Positions 31,656-40,201 of a stretch of 64,000 nucleotides of DNA are shown here, piece after piece. Each line of letters starts with the position of its first letter. The first letter of the stretch is position 1. A program made the translations under genes and the position numbers. The notes under the pieces are model-generated. The model had not been told where the DNA came from and ran no database searches. It was given only the letters and a program-made list of their open reading frames with translations. This stretch comes from an uncultured Ectothiorhodospiraceae bacterium (lineage in GTDB: Bacteria; Pseudomonadota; Gammaproteobacteria; CAMYNG01): positions 158,219-222,218 of the forward strand of contig CAMYNG010000001.1 of the NCBI GenBank assembly GCA_947259765.1, read 5' to 3'.

Positions 31656-34052
31656 ATGGCATTGCTGAAAGGGTTTAAGGCCAATAAGGCCATCGCCGTT
31701 CTTCTCGATGAAGCCGATAGTTCGCCCAGCGAAGTAAAGGAAGCGGTTTCAAATCTGAAACAGGCGGGCACCAAGGCCGTGCCCAAATTGATCGACGCGT
31801 TGGAAGAAAACCCTGGTAATACCACTATACTGAACCTGCTCGGCAGCATGTTGGACAACGACTCGCTGCACTACTATGCAGACGGGCTAGCACATCACAA
31901 TAAACGTATTGTCACCACCATTATGCAGATGCTGGCACAGTCACCATTGTATGATGTAAATCGTCTCTATGAGCTGTTCGATGATCCGGATATTCCGAAA
32001 AACGCTCTGCTGCAAATACTCATTGCCCGCCGCAACCAGCTTGATATTCGGAGACTTCTTGCGTTACTCGCCGACGGAAGCAAGACCGTAAAACAAATGG
32101 TTTTTCGTGTCCTGGAACACACCGCAAGTGAAAACATTGTCCCTGAACTGTTGCCGTTTGTTGATAACCCGGATCCGAAAACCCGTGCGCAACTTATTAG
32201 AGTACTGGGTCAGATTAAAGGTAATACAACCGTCAGAGATGTTTTGCTGAAAATGCTGGCGGATAAGGAAAAGTCCGTGCGCCAGGCCGCTGTTGCCGCG
32301 CTAGGAAACATGACGGTTACCGTTCCGGCTAAACCATTGGTGCAATTGCTGAAAGATCCGGATATCACCACCCAAAATAAAGCTATCGAAGCACTAACCC
32401 GAATCCGTGATCCGGAAACAATCAAGTACTTGATTGACATATTACAGGATGATTCCGAATACGTTCGCCGCGCTGCGGTTGAAGTGCTGAACGAAATCGG
32501 CGATCACCGAGCGATTAAAAATTTATTGAACGCTTTACGTGACAAGGACTGGTGGATTCGCGTTCGTGCTGCAGATGCCATGGGTACGATCGGTGGTCCC
32601 AAAGTCATTGATGCCGTCCTGATGTTAATCAAGGACGAAGACGAATTTCTTCGCCGAACAGCCGTTGAAATTCTTAATAACATCAAGGATGAGCGCGCCT
32701 CGGAGCACCTAATCGCGGCCTTGGCTGATTCAGACTGGTGGGTGCGTGAGCGTGCAGCAGACGCATTATCAAGTTTGGGAGATCAACGCGCCATCCCTGC
32801 TCTGTTAAAAATGCTTATCAACTTTCCGGACTCTGAAAAAGTCGGTGTCGGTTGCTTGCAGCAACTGACCGATCCGGAATCACTGCGTTCGACCATAGAA
32901 CATGCGGATTTTCTCGACCCGCAGGCAAAAAACTCGCTGATTCTAAAGCTGTCACAAACCGAATCGATCCCGCCCGGTCGGGATACTTCGTTCGAAAACG
33001 AACCGACCCGGGTAATGTCCTCCAACCCGACCTCTGCCAACGCTACCGTAAAAGAGAGCAAGCGAAGACGCGCCACCGACGCCACCCAGATCAGAAACAG
33101 CGCCGCCTCAGAACCCGAAATAGTCAGAAGCAATGCGCAGGATGACGCCCGAGCGCAAGAGAGCTTGAACACGCCAGCCGCGGTTTCAGCAACTGGTGTG
33201 ATCGATCCCGCCGAACTGAAACCCAATGATGTCATTGCTGATCGCTATACCGTAATCAGAAAAGTGGGAGAAGGCGCATTTGGCATAGTGTTGCTGGTAC
33301 GTGATGAAGTAGTAAACGAGGAAATAATCCTGAAATTCCTCAACGCGCATGTTGCCTCTGACAAACACATTATCCAGCGTTTTATTCACGAGCTACGCTA
33401 TTCACGAAAAATTACCCACGAAAACGTCATTCGAATTTTTGACTTCTTGACCTTTGGTAAGTCAAGCGCGATCTCCATGGAGTATTTTGAAAGTCACTCA
33501 CTGGCCTACGAAATAAAAAGTAAAAAAACAGGCGACCATAGCCGCATGCTTAAAATTCTTGTAGAGGTCTGTAACGGCCTGAGTTTTGCACACCGGGCCG
33601 GTGTAGTTCACCGCGATATCAAGCCGGCGAATATACTTATTAACGAGAACGGTGTCGTAAAACTTGTAGATTTTGGTCTGGCCGCCGCAGCCAAACATAC
33701 CGATTCGCGGTTGACGCGCAGCGGCGTCCTTGTTGGTACCCCGACCTACATGGCACCAGAGCAGGTCCGCGACAAGAAAATTGATGCGCGTACAGATATT
33801 TACAGCCTTGGCGTTCTCATGTACGAACTATTCACCGGCAAACCACCGTATCGTGGCAAAGACTCGATGGCGATTCTATTTCAGCATGTTGAAGGTAAAG
33901 CAAAACCACCGAAAACCGTTGATAAAAGTATCAATGATGAGATAAATGACATCATCATGAAGGCCATGGCCGTAAATCCAAACAAGCGTTATCAGAGTGT
34001 TGATGAGATGCGCAACAACCTGGTAAAGGCCGTCATTAAGGAGAGAGGATAA
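31656..34052 (+). CDS. HEAT-repeat protein with C-terminal Hanks-type Ser/Thr kinase domain
   Basis: About 420 aa are PBS-lyase/HEAT-like repeats (...DWWIRVRAADAMGTIG..., ...DWWVRERAADALSSLG...), followed by a low-complexity linker. The kinase motifs are GEGAFG, ILKF (Lys), HRDIKPANIL, DFGLA and GTPTYMAPE. Confidence 0.85.
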   Translation: MALLKGFKANKAIAVLLDEADSSPSEVKEAVSNLKQAGTKAVPKLIDALEENPGNTTILNLLGSMLDNDSLHYYADGLAHHNKRIVTTIMQMLAQSPLYDVNRLYELFDDPDIPKNALLQILIARRNQLDIRRLLALLADGSKTVKQMVFRVLEHTASENIVPELLPFVDNPDPKTRAQLIRVLGQIKGNTTVRDVLLKMLADKEKSVRQAAVAALGNMTVTVPAKPLVQLLKDPDITTQNKAIEALTRIRDPETIKYLIDILQDDSEYVRRAAVEVLNEIGDHRAIKNLLNALRDKDWWIRVRAADAMGTIGGPKVIDAVLMLIKDEDEFLRRTAVEILNNIKDERASEHLIAALADSDWWVRERAADALSSLGDQRAIPALLKMLINFPDSEKVGVGCLQQLTDPESLRSTIEHADFLDPQAKNSLILKLSQTESIPPGRDTSFENEPTRVMSSNPTSANATVKESKRRRATDATQIRNSAASEPEIVRSNAQDDARAQESLNTPAAVSATGVIDPAELKPNDVIADRYTVIRKVGEGAFGIVLLVRDEVVNEEIILKFLNAHVASDKHIIQRFIHELRYSRKITHENVIRIFDFLTFGKSSAISMEYFESHSLAYEIKSKKTGDHSRMLKILVEVCNGLSFAHRAGVVHRDIKPANILINENGVVKLVDFGLAAAAKHTDSRLTRSGVLVGTPTYMAPEQVRDKKIDARTDIYSLGVLMYELFTGKPPYRGKDSMAILFQHVEGKAKPPKTVDKSINDEINDIIMKAMAVNPNKRYQSVDEMRNNLVKAVIKERG

Positions 34053-35146
34053 TGCCGCGCATCAATGCCTTTCTTCAACTGGGCCGTGAGCAGGGTTGTT
34101 CTGACATTCACCTCGCAGTAGGCTCCCCACCCTTGATCCGCCTGCATGGTGAGCTTGTTGAAATTAAATATCGGGAATTCAGCGCAGATGAGCTGGAGAG
34201 CCTGGTGCTGGAAATCCTTAACGACGAACAGAAATCCATCTTTTCTGCTGGCAACGATCTCGATTTTTCCTACGATGATCCTGAAGTCGGCCGGTTTCGT
34301 GTCAATCTTTTTCGCAAGGTAACCGGTATCGGTGTAACCCTTCGGGTTATCGCGCCTGAGATCCCCAAGCTGGCGGATCTAAACTTGCCTTCCGTGGTGG
34401 AAAGCTTTCTGCATGACAACCAGGGCATCATACTTGTTACGGGTGCAACCGGAACCGGCAAAACGACGACTCTGGCCGCAATGATCGACTGGCTCAATCG
34501 GAACCGTAAATTCAACATCATCACTTTGGAAGACCCGATTGAGTTTGTACACAAGAGCAAGGAATCGCTGGTTGTTCAGCGTGAAGTCGGCACCCATCTA
34601 CGCGACTTTGCCGAAGGCCTGCGATCCGCCCTGCGCGAAGATCCGGACGTAATTCTCGTTGGTGAATTACGCGACCCCGAGACCATCTCCATGGCCATGA
34701 CTGCCGCGGAAACCGGACATCTGGTATTGGGAACCCTGCATACGACATCCGCCGTTAAGACCCTGGATCGCATTATTGATGCCATGCCCTCAGAGCAAAA
34801 ACTCCAGGCCGCCACTTTCCTCGGACAGCACTTGCGCGGCGTTATTAGCCAAAAACTCGTCCGGACCGCAGACGGACGCGGCCGAAGAGCGATCCTGGAA
34901 GTCATGGTCAATACTTCCGCAATCGCACATTTAATTCTGGGACAGAAAATTTTTCAGATACCCTCTATACTTCAAACGGGGCGTGAGCAAGGTATGCAGC
35001 TCATGGATCAAGCGCTGCTCGAAGCAATCAAAGCTAAGGAAGTCGATCCTGATGACGCATATGTCCACGCAACCGACAAAAAGCAGTTTCAAAGATTTGT
35101 CACCAACCCCGACCTCCTGCCGCAGGTAAATCTGGCGATATCCTGA
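34052..35146 (+). CDS. PilT-like hexameric ATPase, paralog 1
   Basis: The N-terminus is PilT-type (GCSDIHLAVGSPPLIRLHGEL). It has Walker A GATGTGKTTT, Walker B DVILVGELRD and His box TGHLVLGTLHT. Its ATG shares 1 nt with the kinase stop codon. Confidence 0.85.
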   Translation: MPRINAFLQLGREQGCSDIHLAVGSPPLIRLHGELVEIKYREFSADELESLVLEILNDEQKSIFSAGNDLDFSYDDPEVGRFRVNLFRKVTGIGVTLRVIAPEIPKLADLNLPSVVESFLHDNQGIILVTGATGTGKTTTLAAMIDWLNRNRKFNIITLEDPIEFVHKSKESLVVQREVGTHLRDFAEGLRSALREDPDVILVGELRDPETISMAMTAAETGHLVLGTLHTTSAVKTLDRIIDAMPSEQKLQAATFLGQHLRGVISQKLVRTADGRGRRAILEVMVNTSAIAHLILGQKIFQIPSILQTGREQGMQLMDQALLEAIKAKEVDPDDAYVHATDKKQFQRFVTNPDLLPQVNLAIS

Positions 35147-35165
35147 CTAATGCCAAGATCCACGT

Positions 35166-36293
35166 ATGAATCGCATTGATACATTTCTTGAGCTTGTTGT
35201 AAAACAGAAGGGCTCAGATCTACATTTGGTCGCAGGCAATCCGCCACGCATCCGCCTGTTCGGCGAAATGTTTCCCGTGAAATATCGTGAATTGACGGCA
35301 GACGAAAGCCAACAATTTCTCTATGAAATAATGAACGACCGGCAAATCCAGGACTTTGAGCAAAACGGCGACATTGATTTCGCCTATAACGTTCCCGGCT
35401 TATCCCGGTTTCGGGTAAATGTTTTTCATCATATTGCCGGCATGGGCGCCGTATTTCGCGCCGTTCCCAGTGAAATTCAGTCAATGAACGACCTGGGCCT
35501 GCCACCAGTACTTAAAAATCTTGCCCGGCAAAAAAAAGGCCTGATTCTGGTTACCGGTCCAACGGGTTCCGGCAAAACCACCACACTCGCCGCAATGATT
35601 GACTTCATTAATACCGAGCGCAAAGGACATATCATCACCATCGAAGACCCGGTGGAATTTCTTCACAAAAACAAGGGCTGCCTTGTCAGCCAGAGAGAAA
35701 TTGGCGCCCACACCAAAAGTTTCGCTGACGCACTACGTTCTGCATTACGTGAAGATCCGGACGTAATTCTTGTCGGCGAAATGCGCGATTTGGAGACAAT
35801 TGGTCTGGCGGTGACCGCCGCAGAGATGGGTATCCTGGTCATGGCCACATTGCACACCAGTGGTGCACCCGCGTCGGTTGACCGCATTATCAATGTGTTT
35901 CCACCGGGCGAAGAACCCTATATCAGAACAATGCTTTCAACCTCATTGTGCGGGGTTGTATCACAGGAGTTATTACGGCGAGCAGATAATCAAGGCCGTA
36001 TCGCGGCAATTGAGATTTTAGTAAACAATGCCGCCACTTCCAATATTATCCGTGAGGGTAAAACCGAACAACTTGAAAACGCCATCCAGAGTGGTGGTAT
36101 GCAGGGCATGCAAAGCATGGATAATGCCTTGCGCCGATTATTGGATGCAAAGTTGATCACCGGTGACGACGCCTTTATGAAAGCCCGGCATAAGAGTGAT
36201 TTCGAAAAATTTATTGATGTCCCGGATTCGCCCGACGTAGAGGAAATCGTAATTGACTCGGCAAGTGATCAACCTAGTTGGACTAACCAATAA
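35166..36293 (+). CDS. PilT-like hexameric ATPase, paralog 2
   Basis: The ORF has GSDLHLVAGNPPRIRLFGEM, Walker A GPTGSGKTTT and Walker B DVILVGEMRD. Its His box is altered to MGILVMATLHT. It has an acidic C-terminal tail. Confidence 0.85.
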   Translation: MNRIDTFLELVVKQKGSDLHLVAGNPPRIRLFGEMFPVKYRELTADESQQFLYEIMNDRQIQDFEQNGDIDFAYNVPGLSRFRVNVFHHIAGMGAVFRAVPSEIQSMNDLGLPPVLKNLARQKKGLILVTGPTGSGKTTTLAAMIDFINTERKGHIITIEDPVEFLHKNKGCLVSQREIGAHTKSFADALRSALREDPDVILVGEMRDLETIGLAVTAAEMGILVMATLHTSGAPASVDRIINVFPPGEEPYIRTMLSTSLCGVVSQELLRRADNQGRIAAIEILVNNAATSNIIREGKTEQLENAIQSGGMQGMQSMDNALRRLLDAKLITGDDAFMKARHKSDFEKFIDVPDSPDVEEIVIDSASDQPSWTNQ

Positions 36294-36335
36294 CTATCTT
36301 CAACACCCTGTTCAAGTTGTAAAGGCGGGAAATTA

Positions 36336-37004
36336 ATGGCAAAAATAATACTAACACTCGATGGTGCCGTAGTGCGTGAATATCCACTTGATAAAGACAG
36401 TATCAGTGTTGGACGTCGGCATGGAAATGATATTCAACTTAACGACTTAACGGTAAGTGGGCGGCACGCCTTGATTACCTCATTGGGAGACAATGTCTAT
36501 GTTGACGACTTAGGCAGCACCAATGGAACCCTGTTGAATGGCTCACGAGTTACAAAATCAGTTCTTAAACACAGTGATGTCATTCAGACAGGGAATTTTC
36601 AATTCACTTTTTATGCTGAAGACGTGGAAGAGTACGAGCCCACGATGTTCATCAAAGCGGAGATCGACGACACAAAAGAAATCACTACGGGTACAGCCAA
36701 TCATACGGAAACGAAGGGCAGCCCGCTCGCCGCGGTGCGTGTCATCAACGGACCGTTGGCTAAAAAGGTGTTGGAGCTGCGCAAGCCGTTTAATACGTTG
36801 GGTTTCAACGGAGTAAAAATGGCGGTAATAGCGCGTGAGCCGACCGGTTATACGATCTCCGGCTTAAAAAGCAACAAACTGCGCAGAGCATCGGATCTTC
36901 CTATGGTTAACGGCAACTCCATCGGGATGGAGCAAACTCCTTTACAGGAACATGACGTCATTGAACTAGCAGGAACGCAAATGGAACTTTTTTACGTTCA
37001 CTAA
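36336..37004 (+). CDS. FHA-domain protein (N-terminal FHA plus second FHA-like half)
   Basis: The FHA signature reads SVGRRHGNDIQLNDLTVSGRHALI...VDDLGSTNGTLLNG. The C-terminal half (LGFNGVKMAVIA...MVNGNSI...) has a similar beta-rich layout. Confidence 0.8.
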   Translation: MAKIILTLDGAVVREYPLDKDSISVGRRHGNDIQLNDLTVSGRHALITSLGDNVYVDDLGSTNGTLLNGSRVTKSVLKHSDVIQTGNFQFTFYAEDVEEYEPTMFIKAEIDDTKEITTGTANHTETKGSPLAAVRVINGPLAKKVLELRKPFNTLGFNGVKMAVIAREPTGYTISGLKSNKLRRASDLPMVNGNSIGMEQTPLQEHDVIELAGTQMELFYVH

Positions 37005-37069
37005 TCACCGAGACGGCACAGAGGCTTTTTAACGTCAGGAATCTGTGTACTCCGTGGCGGTCATGAATT

Positions 37070-37657
37070 CTAGAATTCGCCTGCGGCGCCGCGATCCATA
37101 ATATCCCGAATGATTTTCTTCACCTTCAGCGCTTCGTTTTTCAGCTCAGGTGGCAAGGGCTCGCCGCCGTAAATCATCATGTCCATATTAAGGGAATACA
37201 ACCAAAGCTGGCCGCTTTTATCTTCAACTAGTGAGACCCGGCAGGGTAAATAGGCGGAAAACGCGTCGTCGTATTCAAGCATTTTTGCTGCCGTGAGCGC
37301 GTTACAAAACATGTAAATCTTTACGAATCGGTACGGATTTCCGGACATGGCTTCGACTTGCTTGTAAAGCGGTAGCTCACCAACATTTTTAATATTATGT
37401 TCGTTGGCAACCGAATGCATGGCTTCTTCGACATCATCGGCCGACAATCCCTCGTTTACCTTTATCTTCCAGACTGTTGCATCTGCAGCATTACCACTCT
37501 CCAGCAACCGTTGCCCCAATGCGCTGTAAACTGCCGCCGCGTTTTCGTCAAACAGACTCAGTCGGTTCAAAACTGACTCGTATCTCACAACCCCGACCAC
37601 CACCACGATCACGAATAACAAGCCAATTAGTGCAAAAAAATTTCTAACAAACGCCAT
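37070..37657 (-). CDS. Membrane-anchored DUF302-domain protein
   Basis: The protein has an N-terminal TM segment (FFALIGLLFVIVVVVGVV) and a DUF302-like core (KIYMFCNALTAAKMLEYD...YLPCRVSLVEDKSGQLWLY). Confidence 0.7.
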   Translation of the reverse strand: MAFVRNFFALIGLLFVIVVVVGVVRYESVLNRLSLFDENAAAVYSALGQRLLESGNAADATVWKIKVNEGLSADDVEEAMHSVANEHNIKNVGELPLYKQVEAMSGNPYRFVKIYMFCNALTAAKMLEYDDAFSAYLPCRVSLVEDKSGQLWLYSLNMDMMIYGGEPLPPELKNEALKVKKIIRDIMDRGAAGEF

Positions 37658-37774
37658 CTAAAGGTTCCTCCGTAAATCCCACGTTTCAACTTAGCCCGAA
37701 ACACACAACGTTGCGTATAAACACCAAAAAACCTGTCGAATTTACCACCTTTTGCCTACTTAGGTACACCCGAT

Positions 37775-38512
37775 TTAGCGTGATGGATCACCGAACGGCA
37801 CGCTAGAATCCCGAGCCGTGGGTGACTGAGGTACCGAATACCGGGGCGGCGGTGGCGGGTAGTAGTAACCGTGCGGATAGGCCCCGAATCCCGGTGCGGG
37901 ACGCGCTGAATACGGTGGGGGATAGGGTGTGTAGCGATTATACGGTACCACATTTCGGGGGTACTGATAAAAATATGGGATCTGACCCGGGCTTGGCGGC
38001 GCACTGTATCTCCCCCGGTCCTTCGGCATGGCCCGATTGGGCACTACCCCTGAACCGGACATGGCGGGCGGCCTCACCTGAGGTGAAACCGGTCGCCAGT
38101 TGGGCGCCGGTGGCGTAGAGGGGCCTACGCGAGGTACACCCTGACCGGCAGGTATTCCTGGACGTGCCCCGGTCGACACACCCGGCGGAACACCATACGC
38201 GTAGCCTGTAGGCCTCGGGCTATTCGCCGCGAGTTCTTGAGGTCCGTTTTCCACAGTGTCCGGTGAGTCGGCAAACCAGAGCAATGTACCAAGAGCGACA
38301 AAAATCAATGTCGGTACAAGCACAAACCGTGATTTCCATTTGGGTACGCTCGCCGGGTTCACATCGTATCGAGACCGAGCCGACCCGGCCACGCCCAATT
38401 CTTCAAGTTTCGCCATGAGTTCCGGCTTTCGTGAAGCCGTGTTGCCCGGTTCGGGCGTGTCCTTACTGACGTCTGAGTCCTTGCCTGATTCTGCCATGAT
38501 TGAGTCACCCAT
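37775..38512 (-). CDS. Single-pass membrane protein with Pro/Tyr/Gly-rich C-terminal domain
   Basis: The protein has a charged N-terminus, one TM segment (FVLVPTLIFVALGTLLWF) and then a ~160-aa low-complexity region (PYFYQYPRNVVPYNRYTPYPPPY...YYYPPPPPRY). It starts 28 nt downstream of the dynamin-like gene. Confidence 0.55.
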   Translation of the reverse strand: MGDSIMAESGKDSDVSKDTPEPGNTASRKPELMAKLEELGVAGSARSRYDVNPASVPKWKSRFVLVPTLIFVALGTLLWFADSPDTVENGPQELAANSPRPTGYAYGVPPGVSTGARPGIPAGQGVPRVGPSTPPAPNWRPVSPQVRPPAMSGSGVVPNRAMPKDRGRYSAPPSPGQIPYFYQYPRNVVPYNRYTPYPPPYSARPAPGFGAYPHGYYYPPPPPRYSVPQSPTARDSSVPFGDPSR

Positions 38513-38540
38513 GTTTTAAGTGAACTTTCTTCATTTAAAC

Positions 38541-40079
38541 CTAGACGAACGAACCTTGCTCTTCCTGATCACTCGCGGCCAAATGCGGTGAACTCTGTGC
38601 CGAGCGCTCGGCGGCGAAACCGCTTGTAATGCCATCCCCCGAAGGCTTTGTGTATTTATCGTTCAAGACCTGCACGTAGTTGTCTGCAGAATCAATGATT
38701 TTCTGAATACGCCGACGCGTACGCCGCCCCCACCCCACGGGTTCTGGGCGAAACAAACTGTGGCGTGGACGGGTATTTTTCAGAAATGCCTGGATTAAGG
38801 AGCGCCGGACCATGTCTGAGTCTGTCTCGCGTTCTATGCGTTGGACCACACCTTTCGCAGCATGTTTTCGCATGCCGAAGTGTGTCACGGCAAATAGGCC
38901 GAATAAAACCGAAACCGTGGCGATTCTTCCCCACAATCCCAGGCCGGAAGTCCACCATTCGGATACGTTCGCGAGTAGCTGTGCTGTGGGTCCTGCGTTT
39001 TGCCCAAATAAATAAATTGCCGCAACAATGATAGCTAAAAACGTTACGACCAGTGTATCTCGCCAACCCACTCCGCGTCGCCAGATCCCCAAAAATCGGA
39101 CTAATTCGGGAATTCGTGATTCTTCAATACTCTTGGCAGTCTTCTCCAATGCGCCAATGACCCGGTACACGCGTTCCACATGAACTTGCTGGATCCGTTG
39201 GTGTATGGCGTCGAGATCGGTGTCTCGTTTTGATTCATACCGAGTGCGTAGTGCCTCATCTTCGATAGGCACGGCTGCATCCGGATTGTAAATACAAAAG
39301 AACTCACCTGCCGTGAGCCCGCTTTTTGCCAACGCCCGTTGCCAGGCCGCAACGACGTCTTCAGGATTATCCTCGCGCGCCGTAGTATCAATCTGATTAA
39401 GGACGTAAATAAATTTATTCGAGTCATTTCGCTCTACCCGATTCGCAACCAGATGCTCCAACGTATCTTGCATCGCACCCGGCTCCGGATGACGCGCATC
39501 GAAGAACACCAAAACAAGATCAGACAGATCAATAATGTAATCCGTAATACGTAGCGTGGAGTTGCGTTGCTCATCCGCGTCAAAGCCGGGAGAGTCGATA
39601 ATAATACTGCCTTTAAGCTTTTCGCTCGGACATGTTTTCATTTGTAAGTATGAGTCGACTCTTCCGCCCTCTCCTGGAGAAACTTTTTCCAATTCGTCTG
39701 CCATTTGGTAAAACGGAAACCTGGGATCCGCATCCAAGGAAATCCCCGGTAACACCCGGTGCGTATCGTCGGAGGAAAAACAGACAACGGTAAATTTATC
39801 GTCGACCGCCTGGGTACCCGTTTCCTGCAATGGAAACTGCAGGTAGTGATTTATAAAAGTCGACTTGCCGGCGGAAAACGTGCCCAGAAACGATATCAAA
39901 GGCCACCAGGGGATTTGTGTTGCGTAAGACTGATTACGCTGTAACAGGCCGGTACGGTAAGCGACTTTGTCCAGCTCTCGAAAACTACGCACGGCGTCGA
40001 CCAATAACTCATTTTCTTCCTGTAGGTGTTGTTCGAGCTTTTTTAGACGCTCTTGAATCGGGTTTCTGTTTGCAAACAT
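38541..40079 (-). CDS. Dynamin-superfamily (EHD/BDLP-like) GTPase with C-terminal membrane hairpin
   Basis: The nucleotide-binding motifs are G1 GTFSAGKSTFINHYL, G3 DSPGF and a G4-like NQID. The middle region is helical. Two hydrophobic segments lie near residues 345-405. Confidence 0.72.
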   Translation of the reverse strand: MFANRNPIQERLKKLEQHLQEENELLVDAVRSFRELDKVAYRTGLLQRNQSYATQIPWWPLISFLGTFSAGKSTFINHYLQFPLQETGTQAVDDKFTVVCFSSDDTHRVLPGISLDADPRFPFYQMADELEKVSPGEGGRVDSYLQMKTCPSEKLKGSIIIDSPGFDADEQRNSTLRITDYIIDLSDLVLVFFDARHPEPGAMQDTLEHLVANRVERNDSNKFIYVLNQIDTTAREDNPEDVVAAWQRALAKSGLTAGEFFCIYNPDAAVPIEDEALRTRYESKRDTDLDAIHQRIQQVHVERVYRVIGALEKTAKSIEESRIPELVRFLGIWRRGVGWRDTLVVTFLAIIVAAIYLFGQNAGPTAQLLANVSEWWTSGLGLWGRIATVSVLFGLFAVTHFGMRKHAAKGVVQRIERETDSDMVRRSLIQAFLKNTRPRHSLFRPEPVGWGRRTRRRIQKIIDSADNYVQVLNDKYTKPSGDGITSGFAAERSAQSSPHLAASDQEEQGSFV

Positions 40080-40201
40080 GACTCTAATCCCACCTTGCTA
40101 ATGAGGTTACAATTTTTCCGGCACTCGCATGCGTCTATGTAAATATCATCGAATTTATTCTTTTTCCCGCTTACGATTACGCATAGTAAAAACTTTATGT
40201 G

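Noticed and set aside
34052-36293. Calling the two ATPases pilT and pilU outright.
   Set aside because: Both resemble PilT more than PilU. Both deviate in PilT signature motifs (AIRNLIRE, first His of the His box), and no pilus genes are nearby. Without a phylogeny I cannot assign orthology, so I left the gene symbols empty.
40119-40133. A GGCAC-containing sigma-54-like element (CGGCACTCGCATGCG) between the Met/Asn-rich and dynamin-like genes.
   Set aside because: It is on the plus strand, where no downstream gene exists. The GG-to-GC spacing is also one nucleotide short of the -24/-12 consensus.
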